From positions 28,869 to 92,868 of the forward strand of contig JBBISL010000005.1 of the NCBI GenBank assembly GCA_037441285.1: 64,000 bases of DNA, written 5' to 3'. The position numbers and the translations under genes were made by a program. The notes beneath the pieces are model-generated. The model worked only from the letters and a program-made list of their open reading frames with translations, made no database searches and was not told the DNA's origin. The DNA is from a candidate division WOR-3 bacterium (GTDB taxonomy: Bacteria > Hydrothermota > Tepidihabitantia > Tepidihabitantales > Tepidihabitantaceae). This document shows positions 8,738 to 18,477 of this stretch, piece by piece. Every line of letters begins with the position of its first letter. Within the stretch, counting starts at the first letter, position 1.

Positions 8738-10552
8738 ATGAGGCGGCTTTTTTTAGCGGGCGCGTTTGGACTATCAATTTTGCTCGGCACCGTCGTGATG
8801 GCGCAGAGTTATCGGCTACCGGAATGGGTGATTGATGAAGGCGGGGTGGAGGCAAGAAGTAGCGGTTATATACTTAACGGCAGTTTTCATCAGACGACAA
8901 TCGGATATGCGACCGGCGGTAACTTTATCGCCTGGATTGGTTTCTGGCATCCCAGACCACAATGGGTCGGCGAACACGATGTTGCGGCGGTGCGGATTGT
9001 GGCACCGGTGGGCAGGGTTGATACGATGAACGATGTTACCCCGAAGGCGGAACTGGCGAACTACGGCACCGAGGCGGAAAATTTTACCGCGATATTTAAG
9101 ATTTACATCGCCGGGGGTGTGATTCCGGTCTATCAGAATTTTAAACTGGTTCATCTTGAGCCCGGTGAGTCGCGAATCGAACAGTTTGTTTCCACACGGT
9201 TGCATGGCCTTGGTCCCAACATCGCCCGCTGTTCGGTGGCACTGGCAAACGATGCCCATCGGGAAAACGACACCGTTTCGTCTGTATTTAAGGTTCTGGG
9301 CCGACCCGCATTACCCGAAGGTTGGTCTGAAGTGGAACAGATTCCGGCACCGCCGAGCGGGCGAGGTGTTAAAGATGGCGGATGGATTGCCGCGGATGAG
9401 GAAACGGGTGTGATGTATGTTTCAAAAGGGAACAAGGTGGCGGATTTTTATCTTTACGACCCGAACGCTTCTCCGGTATGGCGCGAACTTGACCCCTGGC
9501 CCAAGGGCAGTGAGGGCAAGAATCCCGGAAGGGGTTCGGTGGGTTATGTCGCGAGCGATGGTTGTGTTTATGCGACAAAAGGCAACAATACGCTTGGATT
9601 CTGGCGTTACAGTGCTTTGCTCGGCTGGGAGGCTTTGCCCAATGTGCCTTATGGTCCGAGCCATCGAAAGGTCAAAGATGGCTGTGATATGGTGTTTGTC
9701 GAAAGGGATGGACTTCCTTACATTTATCTCCTGAAAGGGACCCGTAACGAGTTTTATCGATACAACATTATCAGCGGTGTCTGGGAGGAGCTGGCACCGG
9801 CGCCCGGAACATCGAAATGGTACCGCGGTTCCTGGCTGGTTTACGACGGGGAAAATACGATTTACGCCCACAAGGCAAAGTATCATGAGTTTTATGCGTA
9901 TGATATCGCGGCGGGCGAGTGGCGGCAAACACCATTGGTGCCAATGCCAATCGCAAGCGAGCGGATGTTGACCCGGAAACGGGCAAAGGATGGCAGTTGC
10001 GGCACCTGGGCGTTTGGTTCAATCTTTGCCTTGAAAGGCGGCAACACCTGTGAGTTCTGGCGGTATATTCCGGATGGCGATTCCTGGGTGGAGATGGACA
10101 CAATCCCTTCGGTAGGTTCTTCTGGTTCTAAGAAGCGAGTGCGCAATGGTGGTGACATTGCGTTTTCCAGTGGGGAGGTTCTCTATGCGCTTAAAGGTAA
10201 CAAGACGCTGGAGTTGTGGCGGTTTGTACCCGGTGCAGAGATTGTCAATCCCGCACCACCGCAGCGGTCAGCCGTGATGGCGGAAGGAGTCAATTTATCG
10301 TCGGTGCCGGGTCTTCAGGTAATCAATTCGGTGGGGCGAGAGCAGGTCCAGGTGCGATACCAGCTGGGTGGCGCGGGGCAGGGTAGTTTGGAACTGATGG
10401 ACATTACCGGCCGGGTGATTGCGACGCAGAAAATTGTGGGTCAGGAAGGCAGTATCGTGCTGGGTGGGCACGGGATGAAGTCGGGAGTGTACTTTGTCCG
10501 GCTTCAGACCGAGACCCGCACCCTTGTACAGAAGGTGGTTTTCGCCCCTTAG
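8738..10552 (+). CDS. Kelch-like beta-propeller protein with T9SS C-terminal sorting domain
   Basis: Signal peptide present. Repeated GGWIAADEETGVMYVSKGNK / YATKGNNTLGFWRY / FALKGGNTCEFWRY blades. C-terminus GVYFVRLQTETRTLVQKVVFAP. It is paralogous to the C-terminal half of 30697-33891. Confidence 0.6.
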   Translation: MRRLFLAGAFGLSILLGTVVMAQSYRLPEWVIDEGGVEARSSGYILNGSFHQTTIGYATGGNFIAWIGFWHPRPQWVGEHDVAAVRIVAPVGRVDTMNDVTPKAELANYGTEAENFTAIFKIYIAGGVIPVYQNFKLVHLEPGESRIEQFVSTRLHGLGPNIARCSVALANDAHRENDTVSSVFKVLGRPALPEGWSEVEQIPAPPSGRGVKDGGWIAADEETGVMYVSKGNKVADFYLYDPNASPVWRELDPWPKGSEGKNPGRGSVGYVASDGCVYATKGNNTLGFWRYSALLGWEALPNVPYGPSHRKVKDGCDMVFVERDGLPYIYLLKGTRNEFYRYNIISGVWEELAPAPGTSKWYRGSWLVYDGENTIYAHKAKYHEFYAYDIAAGEWRQTPLVPMPIASERMLTRKRAKDGSCGTWAFGSIFALKGGNTCEFWRYIPDGDSWVEMDTIPSVGSSGSKKRVRNGGDIAFSSGEVLYALKGNKTLELWRFVPGAEIVNPAPPQRSAVMAEGVNLSSVPGLQVINSVGREQVQVRYQLGGAGQGSLELMDITGRVIATQKIVGQEGSIVLGGHGMKSGVYFVRLQTETRTLVQKVVFAP

Positions 10553-12210
10553 TCGAGAATCGCCTTCAGGTCTTCTTCGGGTGTTGCGATCGGCGTTAGA
10601 TTAAATTTGTCCACAAGTATCTGAACAATCCCGGGCGTGAGAAATGCGGGTAGCGACGGTCCGAGACGGATGTTTTTGATGCCGAGATAGAGCAGGGTCA
10701 AAAGCACCGCTACCGCCTTTTGTTCATACCAGGAAAGGATTAGCGAGAGCGGAAGTTCGTTTGGGTTGACTCCGAGCGACTTGCTTAAGGCGATGATAAA
10801 CTGGATTGCCGAGTAACTGTCGTTGCATTGGCCCACATCCCAGAGCCGGGGCAGACCTTCAATCGTCCCGAACTCCAGTTTGTTGAACCGGTACTTACCG
10901 CAGGCAAGGGTTAAGATAAGACATTCGTTCGGGACGAGCTGGGCGAACTGGGTGAAGTAGTTCCTGCCCGGTTTTGCACCGTCACAGCCACCAATCAGAA
11001 AGATGTGACGCAGGCGCTGCGATTGAATCAGTTCGGTTATTTCGTCCACTTTGCTTAACAGGGTGTTGCGGCCAAAGCCCACGGTAATGTAATGCTCGGC
11101 ACCCTCAGTGCCAAATCCGGGTTGGGCAAGTGCCGCTTCAATCACCGGGGAAAAGTCATCGCGGTGCACATGACGCACCCCGGGCCAGGCAACGAGTCCG
11201 GATGTAAAGATGCGGTCTTTGTAACTCTCCTGAGGCCGCTGGATACAGTTGGTGGTCATCAGAATCGCACCGGGGAAGAGCGGGAACTCCTTTTGCTGGT
11301 TCTGCCAGGCAGAGCCGTAGTTGGCCACGAGGTGTTTGTAGGCTTTAAGTTTGGGATAGCCATGAGCCGGCAGCATTTCCCCATGGGTGTAGATGTTGAT
11401 ATTTTTGTCTTTGGTCTGCTCAAGGAGGGCGGCGAGGTCACGCAGGTCATGACCGGAGACACAGATTGCTTTGCCCCGCACCGGGGTAATCCGAACCCGG
11501 GTTGGAACTGGCTCGCTATAGTTTAAGGTGTTTGCCAAATCAAGCAGTTCGGTTACGCTCAGATTGAGTGCGCCGACCGCTAAGGCGTTATTTAACAGTT
11601 CCTGGGTGTCAAACTGGTCCCGCGTCAGGTAGTCAAGTAGTTCGTGAAACCGGGCGTAGAGCCGGTCGTCTTCTTTGCCCAGAATCGCAGCATGGTCGGT
11701 ATAGGCGGCAGCGCCTTTAAGACCGAAGAGGATGAGGTCCATCAGGTCGGCTTGTTCGTCGCCAAAGCGCGCGTGCCGGCTGAGGATGCCGGCCTTTTTG
11801 CCCTGTGCGATGAGGCCATCAATATCAGGCGCCGGAGTCCAGCTGGCAGGTCCAGAAAGGGTTTCCGGTTGAACCCCTTTAGTTCGGCAGGCGTCAAGGT
11901 AAAGTTTTTGTGCCCGAGCCTTTAAATCAGCGGCACGGAACAGAAGCCCTTTCAATCTTTCCGGGTCAAAGTCCACATTGGTGATGGTGGAAAACAGCGC
12001 CTCAACCGTAAACAGGTTGATTTCGCAGTCGGTGGCACCCAAACGCCGGGCACGGTGCGCAAACTGGGCGATGCCTTCGGTCGCGTAGATTAACAGGTCC
12101 TGCAAGGTTGCGGTCGTCGGGTCTTTGCCACAGACTCCCTGAGTTGTGCAACCGGTACCGCCTTTGGTCTGTTCACATTGATAACAGAACATCTTTACTT
12201 CTTCATTCAT
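10549..12210 (-). CDS. hcp: Hybrid cluster protein (hydroxylamine reductase)
   Basis: N-terminus MFCYQCEQTKGGTGCTTQGVCGK is the canonical Hcp cysteine motif. Full length is 553 aa with the conserved C-terminal Cys/His/Glu ligands region. Confidence 0.9.
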   Translation of the reverse strand: MNEEVKMFCYQCEQTKGGTGCTTQGVCGKDPTTATLQDLLIYATEGIAQFAHRARRLGATDCEINLFTVEALFSTITNVDFDPERLKGLLFRAADLKARAQKLYLDACRTKGVQPETLSGPASWTPAPDIDGLIAQGKKAGILSRHARFGDEQADLMDLILFGLKGAAAYTDHAAILGKEDDRLYARFHELLDYLTRDQFDTQELLNNALAVGALNLSVTELLDLANTLNYSEPVPTRVRITPVRGKAICVSGHDLRDLAALLEQTKDKNINIYTHGEMLPAHGYPKLKAYKHLVANYGSAWQNQQKEFPLFPGAILMTTNCIQRPQESYKDRIFTSGLVAWPGVRHVHRDDFSPVIEAALAQPGFGTEGAEHYITVGFGRNTLLSKVDEITELIQSQRLRHIFLIGGCDGAKPGRNYFTQFAQLVPNECLILTLACGKYRFNKLEFGTIEGLPRLWDVGQCNDSYSAIQFIIALSKSLGVNPNELPLSLILSWYEQKAVAVLLTLLYLGIKNIRLGPSLPAFLTPGIVQILVDKFNLTPIATPEEDLKAILD

Positions 12211-13028
12211 TTCTCCTCCTTGATATTACCATCGATACCAAGGGTGATTTCCTTAAATGGGATGTTTTTCCCGCTGGTAGCAAGCGCGTGACGGGCAATT
12301 TGCACCAGGCCATAACAGCAGGGCACCTCCATATGTAAACAGGTTACCGAAAGGATGCTATTCTCCTGGAAGATGCTTGTCAACTTCTCTAAGTAGAACT
12401 GGGCATCGTCCAGTTTGGGACAGGCGATGAGCAGGACCTTACCGGCAAGGAATTCGGGATGAAATGCGGTGCTGGTAAAACCGGTGCAGTCAGCAGCGAG
12501 CAGGAGGTGGGCGTTGTTAAAGTATGGAGCATGGACTGGGACAAGGGTTAACTGAATGGGCCAGGTGGTGAGCTGTGATTCCGGGCGAGTGGTATCAGGT
12601 GCCGGTTTTTCTTTTGGTGTCAGACGGCGTACCTGAGTGCCCGGGCAACCACAGGCAAGCGCCGGTTTTTCGTCTGGTATCGGGATGTCGTGTTCTTTCA
12701 GGTAGGCGATTGCTTCCTCATAAAATTTCTGGGCACCGTGCTCTTTTAAGTGCTTAAGATGGGCGCGGATGGTATTGGCACCGGCGCGCACGATATTCCC
12801 CATCACCTTTCGTTCATCATAGGGTTCGGCAGGTCGTTCTTCAATGGTGAGCGCGCCCTCTGGACAGGTGCCAACACAGGCACCCAAACCATCACAAAAC
12901 AGGTCAGAAATCAGCCGTGCCTTGCCGTCAATTACCTGCAGCGCACCTTCCGGGCAGTTGGGGATACAAAAACCACAGCCCGTGCACTTTTCTTCATCAA
13001 TACGGATTATTTTTCTTGTCTTCTTCAT
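12207..13028 (-). CDS. 4Fe-4S dicluster ferredoxin-domain protein (Hcp-associated redox partner)
   Basis: Two CxxCxxCxxxCP motifs (CTGCGFCIPNCP, CDGLGACVGTCP). Its stop overlaps the hcp start by 4 nt (ATGA), indicating translational coupling. Confidence 0.7.
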   Translation of the reverse strand: MKKTRKIIRIDEEKCTGCGFCIPNCPEGALQVIDGKARLISDLFCDGLGACVGTCPEGALTIEERPAEPYDERKVMGNIVRAGANTIRAHLKHLKEHGAQKFYEEAIAYLKEHDIPIPDEKPALACGCPGTQVRRLTPKEKPAPDTTRPESQLTTWPIQLTLVPVHAPYFNNAHLLLAADCTGFTSTAFHPEFLAGKVLLIACPKLDDAQFYLEKLTSIFQENSILSVTCLHMEVPCCYGLVQIARHALATSGKNIPFKEITLGIDGNIKEEK

Positions 13029-13441
13029 TTTTCCTCCAGATTTAATTTAACTGCGGCTAAACTGGTCGTCTTCAAGTACCGGACCAGTTGGCGATTGGTT
13101 TTTAAAAGGAAATTTCCCACCGGGCAGCCACCGTGGCATATCGGGATGGCAAAAGGACAGTGGTTGACTTCGACTGTGCCAACGACCGCCTGATAGACCG
13201 CAAGCAGGCTTATTTCCTTTGCCGGTCGCGTCAGAAGATAACCGCCCATTGGTCCGGTTTTTCCCTTGACCAAACCGGCTTTTTCCAGTTGCACCAGTAC
13301 TTTTGCCAGATGGGCAGCAGAGACACCAAGGATTCGGGCAAGGCGGTTGATTGTCCAGCGTTCAGCGGGATGATGGGCAAGGATTAATGCGGCATGGAGC
13401 CCGAGGCGGGCTGCTTCCGGGGTGTTAACCAATTCTGCCAT
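13025..13441 (-). CDS. Rrf2-family transcriptional regulator (NsrR/IscR-like)
   Basis: N-terminal wHTH typical of Rrf2 (LGLHAALILAHHP...WTINRLARILGVSAAHLAKVLVQLEKAGLV). Cysteines present in the C-terminal half. It is the first gene of the Fd-hcp operon, with a 4-nt overlap to the next gene. Confidence 0.8.
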   Translation of the reverse strand: MAELVNTPEAARLGLHAALILAHHPAERWTINRLARILGVSAAHLAKVLVQLEKAGLVKGKTGPMGGYLLTRPAKEISLLAVYQAVVGTVEVNHCPFAIPICHGGCPVGNFLLKTNRQLVRYLKTTSLAAVKLNLEEK

Positions 13442-13442
13442 T

Positions 13443-13478
13443 ATGGTATAATAATACCATATTTATTGGTTTTGTCAA
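13443..13478 (-). promoter_or_regulatory. Sigma70-type promoter with overlapping 7-4-7 palindrome (candidate Rrf2 operator); near-leaderless transcript
   Basis: Minus strand reads TTGACA-16nt-TATTAT, with the ATG about 10 nt after the -10. Perfect inverted repeat ATGGTAT-AATA-ATACCAT (plus 13443-13460) overlaps the -10 and TSS. No SD is possible. Confidence 0.45.
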
Positions 13479-14042
13479 GAAAATTCTTCATTGAACTTGA
13501 TGGTGGGGCGTACGGGTAATGAGAAGCGGAAAATGTTTGCCCGATTGCCTTAACTATATTTATATTATGGGGTTCTCCCGGCGGGTTGCAAAAAATCGCC
13601 CGATTTGGGCTTATGGGGTGTTGGAAGTTGTAAATTTTAATGGAATTTTTCGGGTAAAAATTAAGAGAGTCTGCCCGGAGGTAGTAGGAATCTTACAGGA
13701 TAGTAAAGAGTTTATTTTGCCGGATTGGTTATTGAGGGGAATTTAAGGTATAACATTACAGATTTTCAATAAGATAGACTTGGGGAGGGAGTTGGAAATT
13801 GGTTGCAGGGTGAAAAGAGGAATGGTTAAATGGACGGGGCGTAAATGGGTGGTGAAGACTATCCCGGTGATTGCCCCCGGGCAGGGGAGGGTACGAAAAC
13901 CTTGCGGTTTGACAGGCGGTAACGATTGGCTACACTTGATTGATAAAGGAGAAAAGGTTGATAGACGCATCAGGTTTGCCTTCCTGGTTTAGATACCGGC
14001 GCTACGGGATTGGGGTGATGTCAGGATTTTGGTGGTAGACCG

Positions 14043-14735
14043 GTGCGGTTGATATTGATTATCAGTTTTGTGGCGCTTGTTGAAGCTATGCCGGTAGTGC
14101 CCGATATCGGGCTGGGGTATCGAATTGAGCCCGGAGTTGAGAAAAAAGTGGTTATTGGGGGTGGGGTACTGGTGACATTCAGAAGCAGGATAGCGCTTGA
14201 TGCCGGGGTTTACGGAAATTTCGGGGAAAATTCCGGGCTGGGCGGCTATGCGTTCAAGGGTGAATTCGGTTTGCCGGTAATTTCCCAATGGCGTTGGGTA
14301 TTGGGGTTTCAGCATCAGGAGTGGCGGGACTGGCGGTGCGGTGAGAATCGGACTTTTTTCTTGCTTAATTGCACAGGTTTCGGGCGGTTGGCGGCAGGAG
14401 TTGGGGTTGCCCGGCGTCAAGGGGTATTTGATACCACAAAGTTTAGCGAGCCCTGGGTGTTTACCGGTGCGGCGGGCGAATGGAACCTTTTGTATCGGCT
14501 CGAGTGGACGGTTTGGGAGACGGCTCGAGCGGAGTTAGGGTTGTTTTTGTCCAATATCAGTCGGTACCAGATTCATAACCCGCAGATGTTTCCTTTTGGT
14601 GTTAGCGTTGGCTATCAGGTGGCACCGCACTGGCGGATGTCATTTGTCGGGCGAAGCACGGTAAAGGGTTTTTCCGCCTTGCTCTTTTCACCCGGGGAGT
14701 TTGAGGCGTGCCTTGGGGTCAGGTATGAGAACTAG
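14043..14735 (+). CDS. Hypothetical secreted/outer-membrane protein
   Basis: GTG start with hydrophobic N-terminus. Aromatic/Gly-rich alternating pattern. No family recognised. Confidence 0.3.
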   Translation: MRLILIISFVALVEAMPVVPDIGLGYRIEPGVEKKVVIGGGVLVTFRSRIALDAGVYGNFGENSGLGGYAFKGEFGLPVISQWRWVLGFQHQEWRDWRCGENRTFFLLNCTGFGRLAAGVGVARRQGVFDTTKFSEPWVFTGAAGEWNLLYRLEWTVWETARAELGLFLSNISRYQIHNPQMFPFGVSVGYQVAPHWRMSFVGRSTVKGFSALLFSPGEFEACLGVRYEN

Positions 14736-15552
14736 GATAAGTCTATTTTTCGGGGTTCTTTTACTGGTTATTTTCGGGTGTGAGGCGGACCTGAAAGAGG
14801 CGTTTTTCCATCCCGATGGGGAAAAGAGGGTAAAGGAAAGTTTTGCTCTTACCGCGCCGGCACCGGTTCCGGTAGGTGACACATTTGAGTTTGCGGTGTT
14901 TGGTGATGTGCACATCGGGAAAGCGGCGGGGTGTTATCTGGAACGGTTTCGGCGCGATGTGGATTCGCTGGGAATTGATTTCTTTTGTGTTTTAGGCGAC
15001 ATTACTGACCACGGCGCAGGAGTGGAGTATGACTCCGCCCGACAGGTGCTGGCAGCAATCGCCCCGTTTTATGCGACGACTGGGAATCACGACCTTTACT
15101 CTACATCAGGTTGGGAAGATTTTAAGCAGACCTTCGGACCGGCGACTTATGAGGTGCGGATGGGTACAAAGCTGAAACTAATTTTCTTCGACACAGCAGA
15201 GGGTGAGGTGGGCGAAACCCAGTTTGACTGGCTGGAGAAGGTTCTTGCCGATACAAACACAGTAAAACTGGTTTTTACCCACTTTCCGCTCTACGACGGC
15301 ACTCTACCCGGCCCATTTCGACTTGCCTCCAATTCCGAGCGGGCGAAGTTGATGAGTTTACTTGTTAAAAATCGGGTTTATGCCTATTGCTGCGGCCATA
15401 TCCACGGCTGGCGGCAAAGCACAATCAACGGTGTTCATCACCTGATTGTGGGCACGATGTCCCAAGCCCTGGACTTTGGTCCCCCAGGCTACCTTCTGTT
15501 TGTTGTAAAAGGCGATTCAATCTCCTGGCGGTTTGTATCGTTTACCAGATAA
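14725..15552 (+). CDS. Calcineurin-like metallophosphoesterase lipoprotein
   Basis: Signal/lipobox MRTRISLFFGVLLLVIFGC. Motifs GDVHIG, GDITDHG, GNHD and GHIHGW occur in order. The internal Met at 14725 is preferred over the track start at 14701. Confidence 0.75.
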   Translation: MRTRISLFFGVLLLVIFGCEADLKEAFFHPDGEKRVKESFALTAPAPVPVGDTFEFAVFGDVHIGKAAGCYLERFRRDVDSLGIDFFCVLGDITDHGAGVEYDSARQVLAAIAPFYATTGNHDLYSTSGWEDFKQTFGPATYEVRMGTKLKLIFFDTAEGEVGETQFDWLEKVLADTNTVKLVFTHFPLYDGTLPGPFRLASNSERAKLMSLLVKNRVYAYCCGHIHGWRQSTINGVHHLIVGTMSQALDFGPPGYLLFVVKGDSISWRFVSFTR

Positions 15553-15687
15553 GGGGTATTTAGCTGAAAGTAACAGCAAAATTTAGAAGAAGATTGCTTA
15601 TAATTTAATGCCATGGGGGCGGTAATTGACTTTCTCGAGTTAATATCAATAATTAAACTGAAGGCAAATAACTTGAAAGGAGTGTTT

Positions 15688-16281
15688 ATGACAACCGCAG
15701 GGAATATCATATACCGCACCAGTGTTGGTGTGGTTTTTGTTGCATTGCTTGCCGGGTGCGTCGCTACCCCAGCGATGAGGAAGGCGATGCAGCCTTATTC
15801 GATTTCGGCACAGTTTGACCTTTCTAAGCCGTGGCGGATTGCAGTGTTGCCGGTTCAACTGACCGGTGATTCCGATAATGAGATGAGTACCGATTTGGTG
15901 GAACGGGCTCAGATGCAGTTGATGAAGGTTTTAAACTTTTCGGTTGTTGACCGGAGTGCGGTGGAGGCGGTTTTGAAGGAGCAGGAGTTTTCTTACTCCG
16001 GGTTAGTTGACCCCGAGACCGCCGCCCGTTTGGGAAAGTTGATGGGTGCTTCAGCGGTGCTGTTGATTAAGGTGGGACAGGTAAAGCACGACCCGTTTTT
16101 CTCCGACTCACCAAACCAAAGGGATGCACAGTTGAATGTACGCATCATCGGGGTTGAGACCGGTGAGGTTTTGTATTCGGCGCAGGGGCAGGGTTCCAGT
16201 TTTGAAGGACCGGAAGAAGCACTGGCGAGCGCGCTGGATGTTGCGCTACTGCCTTTGCTGGAAAAAGGAGGTGTTAAATGA
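15688..16281 (+). CDS. Lipoprotein with LpoB / TolB-N / CsgG-like fold
   Basis: RBS GAAAGGAG precedes the ATG at 15688. Lipobox LLAGC. Core RIAVLPVQLTGDSDNEMSTDLVERAQMQLMKVLNFSVVDRSAVEAVLKEQEFSYSGLVDPETAARLGKLMGASAVLLIKVGQV fits the LpoB/TolB-N pattern. Confidence 0.5.
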   Translation: MTTAGNIIYRTSVGVVFVALLAGCVATPAMRKAMQPYSISAQFDLSKPWRIAVLPVQLTGDSDNEMSTDLVERAQMQLMKVLNFSVVDRSAVEAVLKEQEFSYSGLVDPETAARLGKLMGASAVLLIKVGQVKHDPFFSDSPNQRDAQLNVRIIGVETGEVLYSAQGQGSSFEGPEEALASALDVALLPLLEKGGVK

Positions 16282-17261
16282 AAACGGTCGGTTTTTTGCT
16301 CTTGACGATTGTCCTTTTTGTCTCCTGTGTAAGTTCTGGTGTCGGTGTACGGAATGCAGGTACCGCCCAAATGCCAACCGAGGCGCCGGCAAGTGGACCA
16401 GTACAGATGCCCCCGATGCCGCGCGAGACAAGCGAGGTTGTGCCCCTGCCCGTGGAGGAGATTGTTTCTCCGGGTGAGGTGGTGGAGCCGGTGCCAGGTG
16501 GAGTTATTGATTGGGGTGCTAAGGTGGTGCGAGCGCGCGGTTCGGGCGTTGTTGACCCCGGAGACCCAAATCCGGCGCGTGCCCGGTTGATGGCAGAGCG
16601 CGCCGCGGTGGTTGTTGCCCAGCGCAACCTCCTCGAGATTATCAAAGGGGTGCGGGTTGATTCTGACACCAAGGTGGAGAACTTCGTTACGAAATTTGAT
16701 GTGATTTACACCCATCTTGAAGGGATAGTTAAAGGGGCGCGCCAGGTAGGGCCGGCGCGGTTCGATTCGGCGAGTGGTGTGGTTGAGGTGGAACTTGAGG
16801 TCAACCTTACCGGTCCCCAGAGTGTAAGCGATGCGCTGGAGCCAGCGATTTTGCAACCCGGAGGGGCGGTGCCGGAAGTTCAAGCATCAGCAAGCGTCCG
16901 GGAGTTTTTGCAGAAGTATTCGGCGCTGGTTTTTGACGCCGGGAACAGCGGCTTAAAGCCGGCGCTTTTCCCGAAGATTTACGACGAAGCGGGCAACCTG
17001 CTTCTTGATACAAAAGAACTGTATCAGTACACCGGAACAACGGGCCAGAAGGTGGTTCATTATATCGGGAAACTGGATGAGATTCTTTCCCGTCCCGAGT
17101 TTGCCAACCAGCCCTTAGTTTTGAAGATTAAACAGGTCCGGGGTAAGATGGGTGCGGATATTGTCCTGAGTAAAGAGGATGCGGATAAACTTAAGTGGCT
17201 TAAAGATGGTGCTCGTTTCCTGTTTGATGCCGGCCGGTTTCTCATAAAACTTCTTCTGTAA
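16278..17261 (+). CDS. LPP20/FlgP-family-like lipoprotein
   Basis: Lipobox LFVSC, followed by a Pro-rich linker. Segment ARARLMAERAAVVVAQRNLLEIIKGVRVDSDTKVEN matches the LPP20 core. It overlaps its neighbour by 4 nt. Confidence 0.5.
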   Translation: MKTVGFLLLTIVLFVSCVSSGVGVRNAGTAQMPTEAPASGPVQMPPMPRETSEVVPLPVEEIVSPGEVVEPVPGGVIDWGAKVVRARGSGVVDPGDPNPARARLMAERAAVVVAQRNLLEIIKGVRVDSDTKVENFVTKFDVIYTHLEGIVKGARQVGPARFDSASGVVEVELEVNLTGPQSVSDALEPAILQPGGAVPEVQASASVREFLQKYSALVFDAGNSGLKPALFPKIYDEAGNLLLDTKELYQYTGTTGQKVVHYIGKLDEILSRPEFANQPLVLKIKQVRGKMGADIVLSKEDADKLKWLKDGARFLFDAGRFLIKLLL

Positions 17262-17262
17262 G

Positions 17263-18477
17263 GTGGCGGAAATGGCGAATGGGAAAAGACTAATACTGTT
17301 TTTCGGGCTTTTTTGTTTGTCCTGTTACTACCCCGGATACAGTCCGACACCGGTTCAAACCCAGACGACTGAGGTTGTGCTGAGCGGTGGTGAAGGAACT
17401 GAAATTCTCGCCGAAGGCGTGGCAGCAATTACCGGCGATGTAGCGATGGCGCGGGACCAGGCATTGAAGGATGCCCTGCGTAAGGCGGTAGAGCAAGGGG
17501 TGGGTACTTTTATCAACTCCGAGACCCGGGTTGAGAACTTTCAGTTGCTCTCGGACCGGATATACTCCCAGGTGCAGGGTTATGTTTCTTCTTATCGGTT
17601 GATTAGTGAATCAAGGGAGGCTGGTCTTTATCGGGTCGTGGTGCGGGCAAAGGTGAAACTGGAGCGGATTGAGGACGACCTGAGGGCGATTGGGATTTTG
17701 ATTGCCGAACAGGGGAGGCCCAGGGTGATGGTGGTGGTGCGAAAGGTGGCAAATCCGGTTGCAGTTACAATCAGTGCAGAGACGATGGCACCGGAATTGG
17801 TGGAAACGATGTTGACCGCAGCGTTTCAGGAAAAAGGTTTTCCGGTAGTTGACCGGGCAACCGTGGAGAAAAATCTGGACCGGGAGCGGTTGCGCAAGAT
17901 TCTCGAAGGAGATACGCAAGCAGCAATGCTTTTAGGGACTGCCACGGGCGCGGAAATCGGGGTGGTGGGAACTTTGCAGGAGACGATGGCGCGAAAAAAG
18001 GTTCCTTATACTCAGGAGGAACGAGATTATCACCGCATTGAGTTAAGTGCGCGAGCAATTAACCTGAGCAGCGGTGAGGTCCTTGGTGCCGGCGTGGTAA
18101 ATGCCGAGGCGCCGTTCAGTGCCGAAGCGGCAAGGCGGGTGGCGGCAGACTCAATTAGCCGAATTTTGATTTCCCGCATCCTTTCCGGCTGGAAGCGGCG
18201 GGAGAATGTTACTTTGATTTACGCCCGTAATGCGGATTTCCAGAAAGTAGAGATTTTTAAGTCCGAGGTGCGAGCAAAAGTGCGAGGGGTGAGTGCGGTA
18301 CTTACCAGGGAGTTGAGCGGCAGTGATGCGGTGATTGAGATTGTGTCCGAGACGGCAACACCCGAGGTCATCGAGCAGATTAGTAGCCGGGAAATGGCGG
18401 TTCGGTTTCAGATTGAGGGCATTGCGGGGAACCGGATTGACATCAGGTTTTTGGAAGAAACCGAGCGGCAGAATTAG
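17263..18477 (+). CDS. Multidomain envelope protein: LPP20-like N-domain + LpoB/TolB-N-like middle domain + C-domain (FlgT-like size)
   Basis: Signal peptide present. AMARDQALKDALRKAVEQGVGTFINSETRVENF is LPP20-like. PRVMVVVRKV...ELVETMLTAAFQEKGFPVVDRATVEKNLDRERL...GAEIGVVGTL is LpoB/TolB-N-like. Confidence 0.5.
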   Translation: MAEMANGKRLILFFGLFCLSCYYPGYSPTPVQTQTTEVVLSGGEGTEILAEGVAAITGDVAMARDQALKDALRKAVEQGVGTFINSETRVENFQLLSDRIYSQVQGYVSSYRLISESREAGLYRVVVRAKVKLERIEDDLRAIGILIAEQGRPRVMVVVRKVANPVAVTISAETMAPELVETMLTAAFQEKGFPVVDRATVEKNLDRERLRKILEGDTQAAMLLGTATGAEIGVVGTLQETMARKKVPYTQEERDYHRIELSARAINLSSGEVLGAGVVNAEAPFSAEAARRVAADSISRILISRILSGWKRRENVTLIYARNADFQKVEIFKSEVRAKVRGVSAVLTRELSGSDAVIEIVSETATPEVIEQISSREMAVRFQIEGIAGNRIDIRFLEETERQN

